Source: Octopus vulgaris (lineage: Eukaryota). From it: a stretch of DNA of 64,000 nucleotides. Within the stretch, counting starts at the first letter, position 1. The number at the start of each line of letters is the position of its first letter. The notes beneath the pieces are model-generated. The model saw only the letters and a program-made list of their open reading frames with translations, searched no databases and was not told the origin of the DNA. Shown one piece after another: positions 54,081 to 64,000 of this stretch. The position numbers and the translations under genes were made by a program. Location of the stretch: assembly GCA_951406725.2 (NCBI GenBank), contig OX597820.1:68448001-68512000 (forward strand), read 5' to 3'.

Positions 54081-54285
54081 GGGGCGACGAGCTGTCAAAA
54101 TCGTTACCTAGGCGGACAAAATGCTTAGCGGTATTTCTTCCGACTTTACGTGCCGAGTTCGAATTCCGCCAAGTGAATTTGCCTTTCATCCTTTCGGTGT
54201 GTATAAAATAAGCCCCAGTTAATCACTGGAGCCGTTGAAATTGACTTAGCCACTCTCCCTAGATTACTGGCCTTGTTCCAAAACC
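54081..54285 (+). mobile_element. SINE-B, alternative-tail subfamily, with 15-bp TSD
   Basis: TSD aatatttatacagat at 54066-54080 and 54286-54300. B box gagttcgaattcc and core gcctttcatcctttcgg. Confidence 0.88.
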
Positions 54286-54814
54286 AATATTTATACAGAT
54301 CTAGAAAGAGGTAGCTCTGCCCTAACAGATAATAGTTTCTCTGGGTAGCAACCAACGTAAAGTGGCAACTTGATTTGAACTTCACATAGTCGTAATTTGA
54401 TGAAGCTTAATCCTGGACTTGATAATCACTTGCTGTGGAATGCATTTGACTTGGAACAACGTTTCTGAATATAAATTGGCAAATGTAAACTGATGTGCTG
54501 GTAAAGTTATGATTATTTAAAATATAGGACGACGAACTGACAGTATCGTTTGTCGGAAAAAGTGAACTGCTATATTTCTACCAACTCACTGAGTTATGAT
54601 TTCGAATCTCTTCAGACCATTTTACTTTTGATCTCTCAGGAATGGCTAAAATAATGTATTTCTCAAGTATTGGGTTAAATGGTATCGGATAATTACCTTC
54701 ACTTAAAACTGAGAGCCTCGTGCCTAAATTAGGAACTGTTATTTGAAACAGAGTTGGCATATGAATCGTGTTTACACAATATCTATGTTTGAAAGAGTTT
54801 ATATTAAGCGATAC

Positions 54815-55203
54815 GTGGAGGCGCAATGGCCAAGTGGTTAGGGCAGCGGACTCGCGGTCATAGGATTGCGGTTTCGATTCCCAGACCGGGCGTTGTGAGT
54901 GTTTATTGAGCGAAAACACCTAAAAAGCTCCACGAGGCTCCGGCAGGGGATGGTGGTATCCCTGCTGTACTCTTTCACCACAACTTTCTCTCACTCTTAC
55001 TTCCTGTTTCTGTTGTACCTGTATTTCAAAGGGCCGGCCTTGTCACTCTCTGTGTCACGCTGAATATCCCCGAGAACTACGTTAAGGGTACACGTGTTTG
55101 TGGAGTGCTCAGTCACTTATACGTTAATTTCACGAGCAGGCTGTTCCGTTGATTCGGATCAACCGGAACCCTCATCGTCGTAAACGACGGAGTGCTTCCA
55201 TCC
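54815..55203 (+). mobile_element. SINE-D (tRNA-derived head), full length with 12-bp TSD
   Basis: A box tggccaagtgg and B box ggtttcgattccc. TSD attaagcgatac at 54803-54814 and 55204-55215. Confidence 0.88.
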
Positions 55204-55228
55204 ATTAAGCGATACATAAAGTATATAT

Positions 55229-55646
55229 ACTCTTTACTCTTTTACTTGTTTCAGTCATTTGACTGTGGCCATGCTGGAGCACAGCCTTTTAGTCGAGCAA
55301 ATCGACCCCAGGACTTATTCTTTGTAAGCCTAGTACTTATTCTATCGGTCTCTTTTGCCGAACCGCTAAGTTACGGGACGTAAACATACCAGCATTGGTT
55401 GTCAAGCGATGTTGTGAGGGGGAAACACACACACACACACATACACACACATACACATATACATATATATATATACGTATACCTATATACGACAGGCTCC
55501 TTTCAGTTTCCGTCTACCAAATCCACTCACAAGGCTTTGGTCGGCTATAGTAGAAGACTCTTGCCCAAGATGCCACGCAGTGGGATTGAATCCGGAACCA
55601 TGTGGTTCATAGGCAAGCTACTTACCACACAGCCACTCCTGTGCCT
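55229..55646 (-). mobile_element. SINE-A, full length
   Basis: High similarity to 2262-2668. Confidence 0.9.
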
Positions 55647-57119
55647 AGGTATTGATAACATTTTAATTAAACTTTACTTAACTGATAATGTGCATGTGTG
55701 AATTGAAATTTTAGATAATGACATTCGAAATACTCTCGAAATAACAGGATATTTCGCAACTGGAATGACTATGATTATAGGTCCGCTCGATTAAGTTTGC
55801 CCCAAACACTAACAGCATTCAAGCTTTGTATTAAATCTTACGTCATCTGTCGAACTACTACAGACAACGTGTCACAGAAAAGATGTGTGGCTAAGTTTTC
55901 TATAGCATATACTAAAAAGTTCGTTAGCATGTGCTTTCACTAACAGTGCAGAGTGTTTATGCGGCGAGAACCGAGAACGTAAGCACTTGTACACACAAAT
56001 ATATAAGCAGTCGACATATGAGGCAAAATGTACACAAATTAATATAGCAAGAAAGTCAAAGGCACACATATACTCCTCCACACACACTCACACACACACA
56101 TACATACCCCTCCACACACACACACATGCACATACAAAGCTGTGCTCATGTAAGTTTAAATGCGTACAGATTCCTTAAGAGTATACTTTCATGGTTTAAA
56201 TTTGTTCTAAAATCTAGCTCAATGAAACTGAAAATCGACCATGTTAAACAAGATGAAGATCTTAGATTGACTCTTGATAGTACTGGCTTCCAAACAATAA
56301 ATATGTTGTAATTCTGTGATCTTCAGCCTTTGTTATAAAAGGTTGTAATTCTTCTTTTAATGTCTCCCTTATTTTATCGCTTTCTCTCTCTACTCCCTCA
56401 ATGTCTCATTGTCCGATCGTCTTTTTCGAGCTCTCTCTCTGTCTCGTTCAATTTCTTTCATTAGCTAACCCTTAAGGCTCTATTCTTCCTGAATATCTCT
56501 CATCATCTCTCTATTCATAGCAGGGGAATTTTATATCTAATTTTATTCACAGCTATAAAAATCTTTATCATTCTTTAGATACATTCGAGAAATTAAATAG
56601 GGCAGACATTATACGCTGCTCAAAAAGAGTTGCTTTAACAGTACATTTTTTCTTATCTACATTTTCAATATTTGATTATTAAATGTTTATACGAGACGTT
56701 ATTAAATATTTATCCTGTAATTAAACTCAACGATATGTATTATTATTCAGTAAAAACAAATAAATTTATCATTGATTTTGTATTAAAATTCTAATGATTT
56801 ATAATATTTGTTATTGTTTTTGTTATTAAAGAAATGTTATTAAAGAATAATTAATATTAATAATTATTAATATTAATTATTATTTCAGTTTTTTATGTTT
56901 ATTTCAGGTTTTTAATCAAAACTGATTGGAGATCTGCGTGTAATGGGTTCGTGTAGTATTTTGCAACGCTTCTGTTTATTTTTTCTATTGTATTCTACAT
57001 AATATTTGTGCAAAGGCTTCTAGTGTATGCCGTGTCTATTTTTTTAGCACTGAATTCTTTTATGAGAGTATTGTAATTTACATTGTTGTTAATTATTGCC
57101 AAACATACCGTAATACTAC

Positions 57120-57290
57120 TCTTGAGAAAATGTTCAGCGGCATTTCTTTCGGCCTTACAATCCACTGAGGTCGACTTTGCTTTGCGTCCTCTCAAGTTCG
57201 ACAAAATAAGCACCAGTTGAGTACTGGGGTTGATGTAATCGACTTTCGCCCTCTCTCAAAATTGGTCGGCTTGTGCCAATTTAGAAAGAC
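57120..57290 (+). mobile_element. SINE-B, degenerate
   Basis: gaggtcgactttgctttgcgtcctctcaagttcgacaaaataagcaccagttgagtactggggttgatgtaatcgact. Confidence 0.7.
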
Positions 57291-57332
57291 TTATAAGAAT
57301 GATCGACATCGCCATCACTAATGTAATCATAA

Positions 57333-57733
57333 ACTCTTTACTCTCTCTTTTACTTGTTTCAGTCATTTGACTGTGGCCATGCTGGAGCACTGCCTTTAGT
57401 CGAGCAAATCGACCCAAGGGCTTATTCTTTGTAAGCCTAGTACTTATTCTATCGGTCTCTTTTGCCGAACGGATAAGTTACGGGGACGTAAACACACCAG
57501 CATCGGTTGTCAAGCGATGTTGGGGGCACTACACAGACACACAAACGTATACAAACATATACATATATACGACGGGCTTCTTTCAGTTTCCGTCCACCAA
57601 ATCCACTCACAAGGACTTGGTCGGCTCGAGGCCATAGTTGAAGACACTTGCCCAAGGTCCCATGCGGTGGGACTGAACCCGGAACCATGCGGTTCGTAAG
57701 CAAGCTACTTACCACACACCCATTCCTACGCCT
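57333..57733 (-). mobile_element. SINE-A, full length
   Basis: High similarity to 2262-2668. Confidence 0.9.
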
Positions 57734-58366
57734 ATTGCAGATTTATTTTATATTTTTCATTGCGTATTTTCTCAAGAAAATCTATTATAGCTCTGTGTAC
57801 CTTGGGTAGGCAGAGCTTGATATTTAGAATGTTTTTCTGCAGTATCTTACGTAAATTGTGTGCAATGTGTAACATTGTTTTTTTTGCTTATAAAACAAAC
57901 TCTTATATGTATTAGTGTTTGATTACATATCCATCTGCATGTTGGGTATATTTTAATTATTCTCAAAGTTCCTAGGGAATAAGTAGAACACACAGGTATT
58001 CATTCCGTTTTTAATCTCCCATTGTACCTCTCTAATTTCGAATCTCTATATTTGCAAGATTTCTGAATTTCTTTACAAGATACCTTATGGTCTTTTGGGT
58101 ATGTTGCTTGGATTAGAAAATATCTCTTTTTCCAAGCCGGTCTTTTAATAACATCTACTTCAGTCGCTCTTTTTGAATTGGTATGTTACAAAGTATGTTT
58201 ACTTATCATTCTCTGAGAAAATTTCCAGCTTATATCTATTCAGATTTTTTAATGTATTTTTCTGATTAACATATATTATGTCTGAGTGTAGCAACTTGCA
58301 CATATGTACACGCACACACATACACACATATACGCGCATGTATATATATACACGCACACACACACG

Positions 58367-58434
<68 letters not shown>

Positions 58435-59081
58435 CATATATATACATATATACATATATACATATATATATATACATACATACATACATACATACAAACA
58501 TAAATACATACATACATACATACATACATACATACATACATACATTTATGCATATAGGAGTGAATGTAACGATATGCAAGTTAGGCAAGTTGATATACGA
58601 AAGATATTAGATACATTTAATAAAAAACATGTTCATATATATATATAAGTCCGACTCACACAGAAAGGAAATTAAGGTGGGTTGAGCAGGAATTTTATGA
58701 GTCTATCAGCTGTTACTGGGGGTTTGGTAGTCCCCCCACCAAATGCTTATTACTTGATTCCATCATCAGATTCCACCGGCCTCCGTCTTCAGGGAAGAAT
58801 TTTACATCTGAGTCTTGACAGAAAGGCGTTTAAACAGCCATTGGACTCCTAAAACTCCTACTCAATCTCTTTAATTACTGACATCATTTCCATTTTGTGT
58901 AAATCGGATTTTTTTATATGCATACTCCTGTACATGTTTTGTTTTATATGTATCTAATATTTTTTTCATATTGACTTGTCTAACTTGCTTGTCCTTACAT
59001 TTACTCCTCTATCTGCTCAAGTTCAAATCATTAGAGCACTACGAATTGCATTCTATATTGGGAATACCTGTCTCTAATCTG

Positions 59082-59232
<151 letters not shown>

Positions 59233-59418
59233 GTCAATATATCTATCTATTTATGTATGTATGTATGTATGTATCTATCTATCTTTCTATCTAGCAGCTA
59301 GCTAGCTAGCTATTTTAAATTAGAATAATGAGGTTAGAAATTGATATCAATCGATTAACATTAAATATAAACCAGTGGTCTAGTATATTAAAAAAATCCG
59401 AAGATTTAAAAATTATAT

Positions 59419-59649
59419 TACAATTATTAAGAGGAATGACCACTGAAGTTGATTCCTATACGCTATAGATAGACGTCAAATTGCCTTACCACAAAGAGTG
59501 TGTTCTCAATAATAAGCAAGGCAAATGAAAATTTACATTTTTTACATTTTGGCGTTTGCTGAGAACACACTCTTTGTGGTAAGGCAATTTGACGTCTATC
59601 TCTAGCGTATAGGAATTCACTTTAGTGATCATTTCTCTTATTAATTGTA
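59419..59649. repeat. 90-bp imperfect inverted repeat with 51-bp spacer
   Basis: 59419-59508 vs 59560-59649. The inner ~41 bp are perfect, with about 7 mismatches in the outer part. Confidence 0.92.
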
Positions 59650-59806
59650 GTATCTATCTAGCTGTATATATCGTTAATCGAAACATGAACAAAGAGAAAA
59701 CATAACAACGCGAGGACCTGGAACAAGTATAGTGTTATTTGACGCTCAGGAAAGGAAAGAAAGATATACATTTATACATAAAGTTGTCTGTAAGTTTTGT
59801 GTATTG

Positions 59807-59858
<52 letters not shown>

Positions 59859-60018
59859 GCTGTATGTGAAGATAGATATAGAATATAGATAGACATAATT
59901 TCTCTCAGTAAATAGTAATAACCTGTTTCAGTGAGGACTGAAGATAATATGAACCCTAGGCTTATTAAGTACGGTCAATATGATTGGAATTTCCTATTTT
60001 TCATTCTTGTAATTATAA

Positions 60019-60180
60019 GTGCAGGAATGGCTATGTGGGTTAGTAGTTTGATTTCCAATCACATGGTCCCGAGTTCAGACCAAGTGCGTGACACCTTGTG
60101 CAAGTGTCTTCTACTATAGCCTCGGGCCGACGAAAGCCTTGTGAGTGGATTTGATAGGCGGAAACCGAAAGGAACCCGTC

Positions 60181-60238
<58 letters not shown>

Positions 60239-60460
60239 ATGTGTGTGTGTGTGTATACGTCAGTAAGTCTGTTTGTACCCCCACCATCGCTTGACAACCG
60301 ATGTTGGTGTGTTTACGTACCGTAACTTAGCGGTTCAGCAAAAGGACCCGATTGGATAAGTAGTAGGCTTAAAAAGAAAAAGTCCTGGGGGTTGATTTGC
60401 TCAACTAAAGGCGGTGCCCCAGCTGGGCCGCAGTCAAATAACTGAAACAAGTAAAAGAGC
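60019..60460 (+). mobile_element. SINE-A, full length, diverged
   Basis: Head gtgcaggaatggctatgtggg, internal (TA)n(TG)n and tail ggccgcagtcaaataactgaaacaagtaaaagag. Confidence 0.88.
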
Positions 60461-63400
60461 AACAGAAGTAAAGAATGCGTCTTCAATAAAAAGAAGATAA
60501 CAAGCTGGCTAAAATGTCTTCAAGAATCAGTCGGGCTGCTACAGAGAATCACCAACCCATGTTAAAATTACTTCCTGATATTGATCCCATGAAGGACTTG
60601 GTGATGGAATTTGCAATATCGCTGTTACTCATATATTACAAGAAGCTAGAACTCACTCATACTTTTCATAAAACATACACGGACACACAAACATATGCCT
60701 ACATGTTTTTTGCATTGTTCTTTGTATGTGTGTCTGTATGAATATTTGTGTTCGTGTGTATGTTTATATGCTTACTTGTCGGTATTCCCGTTAGTACATA
60801 GGTGTATTTTATTCTCATTAATACGATATTAACTGTTTCAATTAGCTAAAAATTCCTCCATCACTCTTCGTTCCGTTTAATTTACCTTCATACGATGTCT
60901 CAATACGAGAGGCGACTGAAGGACTTTGCAAACCTAGCTAACTATTTAACTGAATATTTGATCAAACAATCGATTAGTTTATTGGTTAACTATTAATAAT
61001 AAAGGAAATGAAATAGAGCCAGTGCGTGTCTTTATCATTGGCATAATGAACCTCCCGAGATACTGCAAAATCTATTTCAACACTAGAAATCACATGCAGA
61101 ACCTTGCAGCCCATCCTAAAAAGATCACACATAATTAAAAGTAAAGAAAGCATTCATATTATGCCTCGTTCTATGCTGACGAAAAATATGTTCCAAACAA
61201 TTCCTCTGATATTGAACTTGAAAATCACATTTCTTAAATATTCGATTTGCTTCGCTCATAGTAAGAACAATGAATTAAAACAGATTTCCACATTGTTATA
61301 TATTTTTACTAACGGGACTTCTCATGATTTCTTAAGGAACTGCAATAAATCTGAATTTTAGATCTTAATATTTTTTATCTCACATCCATAAAGTAAACCC
61401 TCGCAGTATAATAAATATTATTCAGTAGGTTCAAATTGGTATATTGTAATTAAGCAGTGAAACAAATATATTCCCTACACCCGCGTTACCATTTTCCATC
61501 TCCAAATTTGTAGCTATGCACCTACATTTAACAAACTATATTCGATGATCATCTGTTCGATTAGAATATTCTGATCATATTTAGCTCAACAATAAAGAAC
61601 TCTAGAAACCTTTTACCACGTGACAAAATACTTTGGGATTGTAAATACTTTAGTCGCAATCTCTTTACGCGTTAAAAACTTTGACCTTTAGAAAAATAGC
61701 AAGTGGGTTCATAAAATTCCCAGACTAACAGCGTCTAATTCCTCCTCCCTTTTCGGTATACTATTTCTAAATGCTTCTACTTTATTCTCAAATGTTGCTA
61801 CATATTTGAATACTCTTATTCCAGCTCGAATTTCTATCCACGATACTGAGTTTTCTTTCTCAAGGCGCTACAATAAACTGGATGAATAAACATTACCCTC
61901 TTCAAATGAAATATCGAGTAATCGCTAGCTTTCGCATCATGTGTTATAGCTATCGTAGTTGTAATCATTAAAATTCCAAGCAAAAATGGAAAACATATCA
62001 AGCACGTGCAACTGTTCAAATTTGTCTCTGTAAGAGAATACCTATAGGGTATGGCACTACACTGCCTCTCAAGATTACATGATATACTTAGTTCATAATT
62101 TCTACCTTACTTAAAACGATATCATATCACAGAATGTACTGATTGTATTAAATATCAATAGTAGCTTCTTTATATTTTTTAATAAAGCAAATTGGATATC
62201 TTTTTTTAAAATTTTACTTTAGAATATTTTACATGAAAAATATCACGCTTTTACTTATTGCTAAAATTTCCCATCAAATAGATTTGAAGATCAATAGTGT
62301 TTCTTAACGTATCAGTAAAGTTATTTAATGGATATATATTCACTTCCGCAAAGGCGGTTGAATAATGTTGTAAGCTTTAACAGAAAAGATAAGCAAATTA
62401 TAAATAAGCAGAGAATATCACACAGAATGTATGTAACGTGGCTAACAACTCAAAATATTCTAATGTTGTCTTAGAATTTCGTTCCTAAGATTTTAACCAA
62501 AGTTTAGATCTAGTTGATCTATCACAAAAGGCGCGCCACACATGCCCATACTGTATATGATTTAACCATAGTATAATTGAAGTTACATTATATTAAGTAT
62601 TCATCATCTATTTTAAGATAGCATGATATGATGTTTTGAGGTTCATGTGATTGCTATTTTTAGCTGGCTGGAAGCCTGCCCACGCAAGTTCCATAATGGT
62701 TTCGTATTAATACCAGTCATACATTAAGACCTATCAATTCTCTAATACTATTTCTCTATATTTAGTCTTATGCCGTAGCCGATAATTCACGACTGAGCCA
62801 ACTTAATAGTTAAAACTTCTGAGAAAATAAATTAAACTTCTCATTTTCCATAAACATTTACCATTCTCTTCACTGCGAATGTGTTCTTCAGGTAATTTCT
62901 ATATACTCATATCTATCACGAGACAAAAAAGAGAAGTAAATGAAGATTAGTTGATGTATAATATATATAATTATTCTTACAATATTCTACCATATTTTTT
63001 GCTCATGCTCTCCACTGGAAGTATGGCATTTTATTGCAATCACCAAAACAGTCATAATTTGAAAACGAGATTTTTTTTTCTCTATTCGTATCCAGCACGA
63101 ATGTATTCTTTTCTATCATTTTCTAATAATATTCTTTTATTTTCCACAACGATAATTTAATAATTCTTAGGATAGTATTCCTTTAGTATATCACAAAGGG
63201 AATGCTTTACTTTTCCGCATTTGTAATAATATATTCTACATCTTCTTTGTATTATCCTACATACAGATATTTGCTAGTAATCTTATCCTTCATACGGTTT
63301 ATCTTTTTTTCCCTCTGCATCACACAGAATGTGTCTGTACACGATCTTCTGAATTTTGTTACTAATGGTTTATAATGCTACTCTGTAAAACCTCAAGGAT

Positions 63401-63675
63401 GAAGTGGTTAAATTATTCGGCACTTCCTTGAAGTGTAAAATATTAACATCAGTTGAGAAATAATGCCAAGGATTCTTTACATTCTTATCTCATTTCTGAT
63501 TTCTTTATATATTCACTTCCACGAAACGTGTATTACGGATTCGAATTACCACCACTAATCAATCGAATTTCACTGAAGTGATTCTACTCTAAGTAATATT
63601 TTACTTAATGAAATACACCAGCATATATATGCATATATATATATACGCGTATATATATATATATATATATATATA

Positions 63676-63807
63676 CGACAGGGTTTCAGTTTCCGTCTAC
63701 CAAATCCACCCAAAAGGCATTGGTCGGCCCGGGGCTATAGCAGAAGGCACTTGCCCAAGATGCCACGCAGTGGGACTGAACCCGGAACCATGTGGTTGGT
63801 TAGCAAG

Positions 63808-63810
<3 letters not shown>
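63676..63810 (-). mobile_element. SINE-A fragment bounded by (TA)n
   Basis: tttcagtttccgtctaccaaatcc...gggactgaacccggaaccatgtggttggttagcaagcta. Confidence 0.85.
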
Positions 63811-63874
<64 letters not shown>

Positions 63875-64000
63875 TATATATGTACATGTCACTGTGAAAT
63901 GGTGTCTTTTGAAGACTTTTCGAAAGGCTGGAATAAGGGGTCGAAGCGAATGGCTTCAATACCATTTAGAATCTCTACGGTCTGGTGCGCTCTCAACTCA

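Noticed and set aside
54598-54620. Minus-strand CTGAAGA-GATTC-GAAA
   Set aside because: It lies within a decayed SINE-B B-box region and has no stem I or III, so it is likely chance.
60905-60940. tacgagaggcgactgaagg, resembling a mariner TIR start
   Set aside because: I found no matching opposite TIR or transposase remnant.

Overview
This is AT-rich, repeat-dense eukaryotic DNA, either intergenic or intronic. I found no intact host protein-coding gene, rRNA, tRNA gene or CRISPR array, and nearly all ORFs in the track are microsatellite artefacts. The repeat landscape suggests a cephalopod, probably Octopus (inference, no search run). Recognisable elements: (1) four tRNA-headed SINE families, labelled A-D here, with about 15 copies of A and about 8 of B; (2) a 2.8 kb 5'-truncated CR1-clade LINE (endonuclease + RT, disabled) plus three more decayed fragments; (3) a decayed piggyBac with a TTAA-CCC left end; (4) a mariner 5' fragment and a Tigger/pogo-type MITE; (5) very many microsatellites. 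The most notable observations are four hammerhead-ribozyme folds (16363+, 21706-, 9184+, 40232+) plus relics, several lying in short Penelope-like tails that abut (TA)n tracts. Also notable are a covarying 3' hairpin shared by SINE-A and the LINE, SINE-B dimers with a recurrent junction, and several long local fold-back palindromes. Coordinates were read by eye, and ends of decayed elements are approximate.
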